From the NCBI GenBank assembly GCA_963741915.1, contig CAVUJW010000023.1, forward strand, positions 310,968 to 374,967: a stretch of 64,000 nucleotides of DNA, read 5' to 3'. The position numbers and the translations under genes are program-made. The notes below the pieces were generated by a model. That model was not told where the DNA came from, ran no database searches, and worked only from the letters and a program-made list of their open reading frames with translations. The DNA comes from an uncultured Chloroflexia bacterium (GTDB lineage: Bacteria > Chloroflexota > Limnocylindria > Limnocylindrales > CSP1-4). Below, one piece after another: positions 44,450 to 52,981 of the stretch (positions are counted from its first letter, which is position 1; each line of letters opens with the position of its first letter).

Positions 44450-45165
44450 CCGGACTCCCGGAGGCGGTAGCCGACCCCGCGCACCGTCTCGACGAACCGG
44501 GGCCGTGCCGGATCGTCGTGGAGCTTGCGTCGAAGGTTGGCGATGTGGACGTCGACGAGGTGATCGTCGGCGATGAACTCGGGGCCCCAGACGCGGTCCA
44601 GGAGCGATTGGCGGCCGACCACCACGCCGGGGTCGCGCGCGAGCGCGGCGAGCAGGTTGAACTCGAGCGCGGTGAGCTCGATCGCCTGGCCGTCGACGTG
44701 GACCGAACGGCGGGCCTCGTCGAGCTCGAGGCCGGGCGGACCCCCGGGTGCCCGGTCGCCCCCCGGGACGGGTCCGCGCGACCGGCGCAGCAGGACCTTG
44801 ATCCGGGCAACCAGCTCGCGCGGCGAGAACGGCTTGACCAGGTAGTCGTCGGCCCCGACGGTGAGGCCCATGATCCGGTCGATCTCCTCGCCGCGGGCGG
44901 TGAGCATCAGCACGTAGGCATCCGAGAAGGCCCGCAGCCGGCGGCAGACCTCCACGCCATCGAGCCCGGGCAGCATCACATCCAGGATGACGACGTCGGG
45001 CTCGGTGGTGCGGACCACCTCGAGCGCCCGCAGCCCGTCCCCTTCCGAGCTCACCTGCCAGCCCTCGCGGACGAGGTAGCCGGTGACGAGCTCGACGATC
45101 GGGGGCTCGTCGTCCACGATCAGGATGCGCGGCGTCCCTTCGCTCACCGCCTCAGTCTGACGCAA
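44446..45165 (-). CDS. OmpR-family response regulator
   Basis: 239-aa ORF with receiver domain RILIVDDEPPIV...VILDVMLPGLDG and winged-helix C-terminus VRGVGYRL. 4-nt overlap with the kinase. Confidence 0.9.
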   Translation of the reverse strand: MRQTEAVSEGTPRILIVDDEPPIVELVTGYLVREGWQVSSEGDGLRALEVVRTTEPDVVILDVMLPGLDGVEVCRRLRAFSDAYVLMLTARGEEIDRIMGLTVGADDYLVKPFSPRELVARIKVLLRRSRGPVPGGDRAPGGPPGLELDEARRSVHVDGQAIELTALEFNLLAALARDPGVVVGRQSLLDRVWGPEFIADDHLVDVHIANLRRKLHDDPARPRFVETVRGVGYRLRESG

Positions 45166-45356
45166 CCGCCCCGATCGAGCGCGGGTCGCTCTCGATGCGC
45201 AACCAGGCGCCGGCGAAGGCGGGATCGGCGGCTGCGGCGGTGCTCACGCCGGCCGCCGGCTGGTCGCCCGCGTCTCGATCAGCTGGTCCGTCACCTCGCG
45301 GATTCCGAGGGCCCGGTCCGGTCTGCGCTGACATCGTGACCAATGGCCCGTTGATA

Positions 45357-45393
45357 CCTCAGCCTGCACTGATATGTTCAGTCCGCGCTGAGG
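45357..45393. promoter_or_regulatory. nested inverted repeats upstream of acr3 (CCTCAGC...GCTGAGG enclosing ACTGA-TATGT-TCAGT); candidate ArsR operator
   Basis: Read directly, 60-95 nt upstream of ATG 45454 in a locally AT-richer patch. Confidence 0.4.
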
Positions 45394-45453
45394 CCTCGCC
45401 CGGCGTTCTCGAACCGGAGGTCGCATGTCGTCCCGACTCGCCAGGAGCACCCG

Positions 45454-46527
45454 ATGAAGACGCTGCTTGTCCGCCTCGAGGATTTCCGGCTGCTGCCGAT
45501 CTTCGTGGTCGTCAGCATGGCCGTGGGGATCCTGGTCGGCAACGTGCTGTCGATCTCCGACTTCGCCCTCACGCCGCCGATCGACGCGATCAAGTCGATC
45601 CTGGGCGGGACGTTCGAACCGACGGTGCCGGCGCTCATCAGCCTGGGCGTGCCCATCGGGCTGTTCGCGATGATGTACCCGGCGATGACCAACGTCCGGC
45701 TGGGCGAGGTGGGCGCCGCCTTCCGCTCGCCCCGCCAGCTCGGCGTCGTGCTCGCCTTCAACTATTTGGTCGCGCCGTTCGTCATGCTGGGGCTCGCGAA
45801 CCTGTTCGTGACCGACCCCGAGCTGCACACCGGTCTCGTCCTCTACGGCCTCGCCCCGTGCATCGCGATGGTCATCATCTTCACGTTCCTGGCCCAGGGC
45901 AACACGCCGATGGCACTCGTGTTCGTGGCGCTCAACTCGGTCGCGCAGATGCTCCTCATCCCCGTCTACGCCCGGCTGCTGATCGGGAACGTCAGCTTCG
46001 ACGTGTGGGTCGTGGCCGAGAGCGTGGTGCTCTACCTGGGCCTGCCCCTGGTGCTCGGGGTCGCCACGCGCATCGCGGTCGTGCGACGGCGCGGCGAGGC
46101 CGGCATGGACGCCCTCAAGCCGGCGCTCAACGGCGTCTCGATCCTGGGGCTGCTGTTCACGCTGATCGTGATGTTCGCGCTCAAGGGCGACCTCATCCTC
46201 GAGCGCCCCGGGGTGGTGGTCGAGATGGCGATCCCGATGACCCTGTTCTTCATGGCCATGTTCTTCGCGGTGCTGCTGATCGGCTGGCGGCTTGGCTTCA
46301 CCTACCGGGACGCCGTCGCGGTGGCGTTCAACGCCACCGGCCGCGACTTCGAGATCGCGATCGCCATCGCGATCACCGCCTTCTCCCCCACCGTCGCGCT
46401 GGCGACCGTGGTCGGACCGCTGATCGAGGTCCCGGTGATGCTGTTCCTGGTGTGGTCCGCGATGCGGCTCGCCACCCGCCTGTTCGGGGTGCGGGCCCTG
46501 CCGCTGGCCGACGGAGCGGCCGCATGA
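45454..46527 (+). CDS. acr3: ACR3-family arsenite efflux permease
   Basis: 357-aa polytopic ORF with LVLYGLAPCIAMV and AVAFNATGRDFEIAIAIAITAF, typical of ACR3. Confidence 0.85.
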   Translation: MKTLLVRLEDFRLLPIFVVVSMAVGILVGNVLSISDFALTPPIDAIKSILGGTFEPTVPALISLGVPIGLFAMMYPAMTNVRLGEVGAAFRSPRQLGVVLAFNYLVAPFVMLGLANLFVTDPELHTGLVLYGLAPCIAMVIIFTFLAQGNTPMALVFVALNSVAQMLLIPVYARLLIGNVSFDVWVVAESVVLYLGLPLVLGVATRIAVVRRRGEAGMDALKPALNGVSILGLLFTLIVMFALKGDLILERPGVVVEMAIPMTLFFMAMFFAVLLIGWRLGFTYRDAVAVAFNATGRDFEIAIAIAITAFSPTVALATVVGPLIEVPVMLFLVWSAMRLATRLFGVRALPLADGAAA

Positions 46528-46853
46528 CGGTCGAGCTGCCGGTCATCGGCCAGCCGAGGCTCGACCTCGCTGCCCCCGACGTGGCCGAGGCGGTCGCTGT
46601 CGCCGCCCTCCTCGCCGACCCGATCCGGGCCGGGATCCTGCGCATGCTGGCCGACGGGCCGCACTGCGTATGCGAGCTCGCGGCGACCCTCGGGGCGCGC
46701 GAGAACAACGTGAGCAACCACCTGGCGAGGCTGCGCGAGGCGGGGCTGGTCGTGGCCAGTCGGCACGCGGCGAACGCCCGCTTCCTGTACTACGAGCGTG
46801 ACGACGCCGCGGTGGTCGCCGCACGGGCCAGGATCACCGAGGTGCTCGGGTGA
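46524..46853 (+). CDS. arsR: ArsR/SmtB family metalloregulator
   Basis: ATG 46524 (ATGA overlap) in the tail of track ORF 45195..46853. LADPIRAGILRMLADGPHCVCELAATLGARENNVSNHLARLREAGLV with a CVC metal site. Confidence 0.85.
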   Translation: MTVELPVIGQPRLDLAAPDVAEAVAVAALLADPIRAGILRMLADGPHCVCELAATLGARENNVSNHLARLREAGLVVASRHAANARFLYYERDDAAVVAARARITEVLG

Positions 46854-47893
46854 CGACGGTCGCGCTCGGCGGCGCCCGACGCCAGCTCCCACTGCCGCTC
46901 GTGGTTGCCCTGGGGGCCATCGCGTGGCTGGTTGCCTGGATCGTCAACCTGCCGGCCGCCAACTGGCTCGCCTTCGACGCTCTGGGCCTCGAGCCCGGAT
47001 CGCACCTGGGCGAGGCCGTGGCGTTCTTCCTGCTCGACGTGCCGAAGGTGCTGCTGCTCCTGACCGGGATCGTCACCCTGGTCTCGTTCCTGCGCTCGTT
47101 CGTGTCGCCGGACCGGGTGCGCCGAACCCTCGCTGGCCGCGGCGTCCTGCCTGGCACCGTCGCCGCGGCCTCGTTCGGGGTCGTCACGCCCTTCTGCTCG
47201 TGCTCTGCCGTGCCCCTGTTCATCGGGTTCGTCGAGGCCGGTGTCCCGCTGGGCGTCACGTTCGCGTTCCTGGTCGCCTCGCCGATGGTCAACGAGGTCG
47301 CGCTGGTGCTGCTGTGGGGCCTGTTCGGACCCGGGATCGCGATCGCCTACATGGCGGCCGGGCTCACGGTCGCCGTGCTCGCGGGGCTCGTCATCGGACG
47401 CCTCGGCCTCGAGCGCTACGTCGAGGAGTACGTGTGGCAGATCCACGCCGGCGCCGCGATCGGCATCCGACCCACCCTCGCGGATCGGCTGCGAGACGCG
47501 TGGCGGGCGACCGTCGACATCCTGCGCCGGGTCTGGCCGTACGTGGTCGCCGGCATCGCGGTCGGGGCGCTGATCCACGGCTTCGTGCCCACGGACCTCG
47601 TGGTGACGCTGGGCGGGCGCGACAACCCGCTGGCCGTGCCGGCACTGATCGGCCTGGGCGTGCCCCTCTACAGCAACGCCGCGGGCACGATCCCGGTGGT
47701 CGAGGCGCTGCTGGGCAAGGGGCTGCCGATCGGGTCGGCGCTCGCGTTCATGATGGCCGTCACCGCCCTCTCGTTCCCCGAGCTCGTGATCCTGCGCCGG
47801 GTCATGAAGCCCCGCCTCATCGCCGTGTTCGTCATCGTGGTCGCCGCCGGGATCCTGGCGGTCGGCTACGGGTTCAACCTGCTGTACGCTTGA
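46850..47893 (+). CDS. permease of the ArsP/DUF318 family
   Basis: 347-aa polytopic ORF with VVTPFCSCSAVPLFIGF (paired Cys motif of this family). 4-nt overlap with arsR. Confidence 0.75.
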   Translation: MTTVALGGARRQLPLPLVVALGAIAWLVAWIVNLPAANWLAFDALGLEPGSHLGEAVAFFLLDVPKVLLLLTGIVTLVSFLRSFVSPDRVRRTLAGRGVLPGTVAAASFGVVTPFCSCSAVPLFIGFVEAGVPLGVTFAFLVASPMVNEVALVLLWGLFGPGIAIAYMAAGLTVAVLAGLVIGRLGLERYVEEYVWQIHAGAAIGIRPTLADRLRDAWRATVDILRRVWPYVVAGIAVGALIHGFVPTDLVVTLGGRDNPLAVPALIGLGVPLYSNAAGTIPVVEALLGKGLPIGSALAFMMAVTALSFPELVILRRVMKPRLIAVFVIVVAAGILAVGYGFNLLYA

Positions 47894-47904
47894 AGGAGCC
47901 CCAC

Positions 47905-48144
47905 ATGTCGCGCCTGATCGAGGTCCTGGGTCACGGATGCCAGAAATGCCGGTACGTCGAGGCGCTGGTGCGCGAGGTGGCCGCGGAGCGTGGCCTCGAC
48001 GCCGACATCCGCCACGTCACGGACGACGCGGAGATCGCCTCGCGCGGCGTGCTCTCGACGCCCGGCCTCGCGATCGACGGGACGGTCGTGATGGCCGGCC
48101 GGATCCCCACCCGGGAGCAGGTAGCGGCCTGGCTGGGCGCGTAG
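47905..48144 (+). CDS. small thioredoxin-fold protein (redox-active disulfide protein 2-like)
   Basis: 79 aa, MSRLIEVLGHGCQKCRYVEALV (CxxC), ...STPGLAIDGTVV. AAGGAG lies upstream. Confidence 0.75.
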   Translation: MSRLIEVLGHGCQKCRYVEALVREVAAERGLDADIRHVTDDAEIASRGVLSTPGLAIDGTVVMAGRIPTREQVAAWLGA

Positions 48145-48164
48145 GGACCGCGGAGGATCACCGG

Positions 48165-48656
48165 ATGCTGTCGCTGCGAACGACCAGCGAGGAGCACCAC
48201 GCGCGGATGCTCCCCCACGTCGACCGCCTGCTCGACCTCGCGGACATGGTCGGCCACGTCGAGTGCGCCGCGATCCACGAGACGTTCGAGCAGGAGTACG
48301 CGTTCATCGTCGGCCAGCTCGTGCCCCACATGCAGGCGATCGAGCAGACGCTCTACGACCGCGTCGAGGCCCTGCTCGAGGGCCGCCATTCGCTGGCGCC
48401 GATGCGCGCCGAGCACCGGTCGATGGAGCGCCTGATCGAGGAGCTGGGCCGCTACCGGCGGCACGTGGAGGGCTGCAGCTGGAGCGCGGTCGAGGGCATG
48501 GCGCTGCGCCGCGCGCTCTACCGCCTGCACTCGATCCTCAAGGTCCACCTGGCCGAGGAGGAGCTCTACCTGGGCGTCCTGGACCAGAGCCTGACCGACG
48601 ACGAGCGGGACCTGCTCGCGCGCGGGATCGACCACGCGACCGCCGAGCCGCTCTGA
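48165..48656 (+). CDS. hemerythrin domain protein, copy 1
   Basis: ATG 48165 preceded by GGAGGA. EEHHARMLPHVDRL...HMQAIEQTLY...MRAEHRSMERLI...LKVHLAEEELYL shows His/Glu ligand spacing of hemerythrin-like domains. Confidence 0.7.
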   Translation: MLSLRTTSEEHHARMLPHVDRLLDLADMVGHVECAAIHETFEQEYAFIVGQLVPHMQAIEQTLYDRVEALLEGRHSLAPMRAEHRSMERLIEELGRYRRHVEGCSWSAVEGMALRRALYRLHSILKVHLAEEELYLGVLDQSLTDDERDLLARGIDHATAEPL

Positions 48657-48667
48657 CCCGGCGCCGA

Positions 48668-49303
48668 TCAGCCCGACGCGACCCGTCGCTTCCGGCGGCC
48701 CGCGGTCCACTCCAGGTACCGCGCGTCGAACTCAGCGATCAGCCGGGCGCGCTCCTTCATGACCGCGGCCCACTCGTCGAGCGCCGCGAACCCGGCCGGC
48801 GTCAGCTCGTAGTCGCGGCGTGCCGGACCCGTGCCGGTCGTCCACGATGAGCGGACCTGGCCGGCCTGCTCGAGGTCCCGCAGGGTGCGGTAGACCTGCC
48901 CCACGTCGACCGCACCGTAGGTGATGCCCAGCTGGGCCAGCTCGCCGACGATCGCGTAGCCGTGGCCCGTCCCCGAGGCGAGGAACGCCAGCACGAACGG
49001 CTCCATCCAGCGGTGGGCCCCGATCGGCGACCAGCCGCGGTGGACCGGGATCCCGGCCGGGTCGCGGTCCGAGGCGATCGCGGTCGAGTCGGCGGTCTCC
49101 GGCGTGGCCGGCCCGTCGGCCGCGACCGGATCGCCGGCTGCCGCAGGATCGCCGGCTGCCGCAGGATCGCCGGTGCGACCCGGCTCCTCGGGGGCTCGAG
49201 GCGGCACGTCCATGGCTGGGTCGAGGATAGGGGCTCCCCGGCTCGCCCGCCGCACCATCCGCCTGGTGGTCCGTCCCGTCGGCCCGGCCGTGGACCGTGC
49301 CAC
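48668..49303 (-). CDS. PadR-family transcriptional regulator with a long low-complexity N-terminal extension
   Basis: 211-aa ORF. PadR core FVLAFLASGTGHGYAIVGELAQLGITYGAVDVGQVYRTLRDLEQAGQVRSSW. N-terminus contains GDPAAAGDPAAAGDP. The true start is uncertain. Confidence 0.75.
   Translation of the reverse strand: MARSTAGPTGRTTRRMVRRASRGAPILDPAMDVPPRAPEEPGRTGDPAAAGDPAAAGDPVAADGPATPETADSTAIASDRDPAGIPVHRGWSPIGAHRWMEPFVLAFLASGTGHGYAIVGELAQLGITYGAVDVGQVYRTLRDLEQAGQVRSSWTTGTGPARRDYELTPAGFAALDEWAAVMKERARLIAEFDARYLEWTAGRRKRRVASG
49128..49176. repeat. in-frame 18-nt tandem repeat (2.7 copies of ggatcgccggctgccgca) in the PadR N-terminal extension
   Basis: Read directly. It encodes the GDPAAA repeats on the minus strand. 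Confidence 0.8.
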
Positions 49304-49306
49304 GGG

Positions 49307-49801
49307 TCAGGCCGTCGGCGCGAGCGGGTGGTCCATGGCGGCGGCCAGCAGGTCGGCGACCTCGCTGGTGACCCCGCGATCCACCAGGCGCAGGTACGCC
49401 TCCTCCTCGGCGAGATGGGTCTTGAGCAGTGCGTACAGCCCGAACATGACCCGACGCAGCGCGAGCGCCCGGCCCAGGGTCAGGTTGCCCGCCTGCAGCT
49501 CGCCGGCCAGCTTCGCATACTCGGCGACCTGCCGTCGCACCTCGTCGTGCTCGCGGCGCATGGGCGCCATCGAGTGGCGGTTCTGGAACATCCGCTCCAG
49601 CTCCGGGTAGAGGTTCCGCTCGGAGGCGTCGACGTGCGGCAGGAGCGACCCGGTCAGGAACCCGGACAGCTCCGCGAGCTCCGGACGGACGTCCTCGGCC
49701 TTCGCCGTCAGGAGGCGATCGGCCAGGTCCGGCATCCGGTCGACGTGGTGCTTGATCCGCTCGTGATGCTCGTGCGTCACCTGCGGCAGGGTCTGGGTCA
49801 T
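49307..49801 (-). CDS. hemerythrin domain protein, copy 2
   Basis: 164 aa in the tail of track ORF 49307..50887. THEHHERIKHHVDRM...LPHVDASERNLYPEL...MRREHDEVRRQV...LKTHLAEEEAYL. ATGA overlap with the upstream gene. Confidence 0.7.
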   Translation of the reverse strand: MTQTLPQVTHEHHERIKHHVDRMPDLADRLLTAKAEDVRPELAELSGFLTGSLLPHVDASERNLYPELERMFQNRHSMAPMRREHDEVRRQVAEYAKLAGELQAGNLTLGRALALRRVMFGLYALLKTHLAEEEAYLRLVDRGVTSEVADLLAAAMDHPLAPTA

Positions 49802-50973
49802 GGCGTGGCCTCCTTGGCCAGGGCGACGAAGAACAGCGCCACGGGCCGGTATACAGCATGGGCGAGCTTCATGAACGGCGCGAGCAGGACGAGCTCCATC
49901 GCCACCGCGACGTGGAGCAGGAACACCCAGTAGCCCCAGGCCGGCGCCGACGGCAGGTACAGCGCGAGCTCGATCACGAACCCGGTCACCCCGGTCACCC
50001 ACAGCAGTCCCAGCAGCATCCAGTCGGCGGTGGTCGACGAGCGGACCGACCGGTTGGCGGCGCGGTAGCGCTGGACGATGAGCATCGTCACGCCGTACAC
50101 GAGGAGGAAGCCGGCAACGGTGCCCAGCAGCCGAACGGGGTACCACACGGGCACGGGCGTGCCGGTCGCCTTGATCCCCAGCAGCGCGAGGCCGTAGTCC
50201 AGCCCGGTCGCCGCCAGCAGGCCGAGGAAGCCCCACACGGTGACCGCGTGGAGCAGCCAGCGACGCCGGAACCAGGGCAGCGCGGCGTCGTCCACGTCGC
50301 AGTCGGCGCGGAACCGGACCTGGCCCAGCGACTCGTGGGCAATGGCCGACCAAGCCGCCCGGGCGGAGCGGCCCAGGGCGGCACGACCGCCGAACACGCT
50401 TCCCCAGCCGACGCCCTCGCGCCGGCCGATCGCGCGGGCCATCGTGGCGATCCCCGCCAGCCCGGCGAGCACCACCACCAGCATCACGACGATGCCCAGG
50501 GTGTGGATCAGGTCCTCGGGGATGAACTCGAAGATCGCCAGCGACTGGCCGCTCTGGGGGCCGTGGGCCGCGTACATGAACAGGGCGAACAAGGCGGCGA
50601 TGACCACGGCCAGCACGGTCGCCAGGATGGGCTGCGTGTACATCGTCCAGGCGACGCGCGTCCGGTCGTAGCTCGCGATCGCATAGCGGCGGGTGGCGGC
50701 CATGAACTGCGACGGATCCGCCTGGGTGGGACAGGTCTCGGCGCACTCGCCGCACTGGTAGCAGGCCCACAGCTCCTTGCTCGACAGCAGGGCATCCTTC
50801 ATGCCCAGCTGCGCATAGCGGATGATCCGGCGTGGGAAGGTGGCGTCGGTCTCGGACAGCGGGCAGCTCGCGGTGCACGTGCCGCACGAGAAGCAGGCGC
50901 TCACGTCGGTGGCGCCGAAGCGCTGGATGTCGGGGTACAGGCCGAGGTCGAGCGGCGTGGTGGCGGCGGCCAT
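49798..50973 (-). CDS. QmoC-like protein: N-terminal 2x[4Fe-4S] ferredoxin domain fused to a NarI/HdrE-type membrane (heme b) domain
   Basis: ATG 50973 preceded by GGGAGGA. CFSCGTCTASCP and CYQCGECAETCP, followed by 5-6 TM segments with conserved His (WLLHAVTVWGF, FLLHVAVAMELV, KLAHAVYRP). Confidence 0.8.
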   Translation of the reverse strand: MAAATTPLDLGLYPDIQRFGATDVSACFSCGTCTASCPLSETDATFPRRIIRYAQLGMKDALLSSKELWACYQCGECAETCPTQADPSQFMAATRRYAIASYDRTRVAWTMYTQPILATVLAVVIAALFALFMYAAHGPQSGQSLAIFEFIPEDLIHTLGIVVMLVVVLAGLAGIATMARAIGRREGVGWGSVFGGRAALGRSARAAWSAIAHESLGQVRFRADCDVDDAALPWFRRRWLLHAVTVWGFLGLLAATGLDYGLALLGIKATGTPVPVWYPVRLLGTVAGFLLVYGVTMLIVQRYRAANRSVRSSTTADWMLLGLLWVTGVTGFVIELALYLPSAPAWGYWVFLLHVAVAMELVLLAPFMKLAHAVYRPVALFFVALAKEATP

Positions 50974-51218
50974 CAGGAGGTCCTCCCGGTGGGCTGGTAC
51001 TGGAAGTAGCCGTCGGTCTCGCTGCCCTTGACCTCGGCCAGCCAGCCGTAGCGGCGCATGCCCATCACCCAGAACACGACCTCGTGGGTGGGTGCCTCGA
51101 TGGCCCGGGCGATCTCGGGGACCGTCAGCGGGCCGTCCCACAGCGCGGCCAGGATCCGGGCGCGCATGACGGGCTCCTCGCGGATCACCTCGCGCACGTC
51201 GCGGTTGAGGGTGGGCAT
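50973..51218 (-). CDS. 81-aa winged-helix-like protein embedded in the redox operon
   Basis: MPTLNRDVREVIREEPVMRARILAALWDGPLTVPEIARAIEAPTHEVVFWVMGMRRYGWLAEVKG. Both ends overlap neighbouring genes by 1 nt (TGATG). Confidence 0.6.
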   Translation of the reverse strand: MPTLNRDVREVIREEPVMRARILAALWDGPLTVPEIARAIEAPTHEVVFWVMGMRRYGWLAEVKGSETDGYFQYQPTGRTS

Positions 51219-52981
51219 CAGGCGGGTACCTCCACCAGGCTGTCGATCATCGCGCTGACCTGGGCGTCGGTGTAGCCCAGCAGGTCGATCGCGTTCTCCG
51301 GGCACATCGGCACGCAGCCGCCGCATCCCTTGCAGCCGGTCGGGCTGATCACGGCGAAGTGGCGGTCGCCCGCCTCGGCCATCGAGATCGCGTCGTACGG
51401 GCAGGCCGTGAGGCAGTCGCCGCAGGCCGTGCAGGCAACGGGATCGACGGTCGCGACCAGCGGGTCCAGCTCGGTGAAGCCCTTCTTGAGCACCGCGCCG
51501 CTCTGGGTGACCGCGGCCAGCCCGGATGCCACGCTCTCGGCGGAGGTCTTGGGGCCCTGGCAGGCGCCCGCGATCAGCACGCCGTCCACGACGGTCTCGA
51601 CCGGGCGGAGCTTGGGATGGATCTCGTTGAAGAAGCCGTCGCTGCCGGCCGGCAGCTTGAGCACGCCGACCAGCTCCTCGTTCGCGCGCGGGACCATGCC
51701 CGTCACCAGCACCACGAGGTCGACCGGGATGGCGAGCTCGGTGCGCTCGGTGAGCAGGTCGGTCACGGTGACCGTCAGCCGCCCGTCCGGCGCCTGCGCG
51801 ACCGCCGGCGGCGCGTCGTTGTCGAACTTGAGGAACACAGAGCCCGTCTTGCGCGCCTCGGTGTACAGGGGCTCGAACTTGCCGTACGTGCGCATGTCGC
51901 GGTACAGGTGGAACTGGCGGATCGATGGGTCCAGCCCGGCCACGTCCACCGCCGTCTGGACGGTCGCGGCGCAGCAGAAGCGCGAGCAGTAGGCGTTGGC
52001 GCAGCCGTTGGTATTCCGGCTGCCGACGCAGTAGACATAGGCCACGCTGCGCACCGCGCGGCCCTTCCAGGCGAGCCCACCGCTGGACGCGTCGACGAGC
52101 GACTTGAACTCGGGCAGGGTGACCACGCCGTCGATCCCGTAGCCGAGCTCGCCGGCATCGGGCTGGTAGCTGTCGAAGCCGGTGGCGGCGACGATCGTCC
52201 CGACCGCGACCTCGATCGACGCGGCCCCCGGGCCTCCCACCCGAACGCTGACCTGGTAGTTGCCGAAGCTGCCGGCCTTGGCCACGACCTCGGCCCCGGT
52301 GAGGACCGTGATCGACGGTCGCCTGCGGACCTCGGCGACCAGCGTCTCGATGAGCTGCCGGCCCTCACGTCCGTGGGGGTACATCCGGCCGAGCTGGCGG
52401 ACCCAGCCGCCCAGCTCGAGCTCCCGCTCGACGATCGTGACCTGCAGCCCGATGTCGGCGAGGCCGATCGCGGCGCGCAGCCCCGTGGTCCCGCCGCCGA
52501 TCACGAGGGTGTGGGGCAGGGTGTCGACGACCATCGGGTCGAGGGGGGTCGTGAGCCGGGTGCGGGCGATCCCCGCCCGGACCAGCGCGGTCGCCTTGTC
52601 CGTCGCGGCGGCCTCGTCGTCGGTGTGCACCCACGAGCACTGCTCGCGGATGTTGACCTGCGTGTACTCGTACGGGTTGAGGCCCGCGCGGGCGGCGACG
52701 CCGCGGAACGTGTAGGTGTGGAGCTTGGGCGAGCAGGACGCGACCACCAGGCCGTCGAGCTGCTGGGCCTCGATGTCCGCGACCATATCCTGCTGGGTGG
52801 CGTCCGAGCAGGCGAACATCGCGGTCCTGGCGACGACGACGTCGCCGGCATCCTCGATGTCCGCGACGACCTTCTCGACATCGACGTAGTCGCTGATGTT
52901 GCCGCCGCAGTGGCACACGTAGACCCCGATGCGGCGGCCGGCCGCCTGGTCGGGAGTCTTCGGGTCGATCGACTCGTTCAT
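51218..52981 (-). CDS. HdrA-like FAD/FeS flavoprotein (heterodisulfide reductase subunit A family / QmoB-like)
   Basis: ATG 52981 inside track ORF 51218..53566. VYVCHCGGNISDYVD, LVIGGGTTGLRAAIGLADIG, CSRFCCAATV, C-terminal CTACGDCLTACP and CKGCGGCVPMCP. 587 aa. Confidence 0.85.
   Translation of the reverse strand: MNESIDPKTPDQAAGRRIGVYVCHCGGNISDYVDVEKVVADIEDAGDVVVARTAMFACSDATQQDMVADIEAQQLDGLVVASCSPKLHTYTFRGVAARAGLNPYEYTQVNIREQCSWVHTDDEAAATDKATALVRAGIARTRLTTPLDPMVVDTLPHTLVIGGGTTGLRAAIGLADIGLQVTIVERELELGGWVRQLGRMYPHGREGRQLIETLVAEVRRRPSITVLTGAEVVAKAGSFGNYQVSVRVGGPGAASIEVAVGTIVAATGFDSYQPDAGELGYGIDGVVTLPEFKSLVDASSGGLAWKGRAVRSVAYVYCVGSRNTNGCANAYCSRFCCAATVQTAVDVAGLDPSIRQFHLYRDMRTYGKFEPLYTEARKTGSVFLKFDNDAPPAVAQAPDGRLTVTVTDLLTERTELAIPVDLVVLVTGMVPRANEELVGVLKLPAGSDGFFNEIHPKLRPVETVVDGVLIAGACQGPKTSAESVASGLAAVTQSGAVLKKGFTELDPLVATVDPVACTACGDCLTACPYDAISMAEAGDRHFAVISPTGCKGCGGCVPMCPENAIDLLGYTDAQVSAMIDSLVEVPA

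Noticed and set aside
45195-46853. 552-aa plus-strand ORF
   Set aside because: Only the last 109 codons (ArsR, from ATG 46524) are meaningful. Upstream it overlaps the ACR3 gene out of frame.
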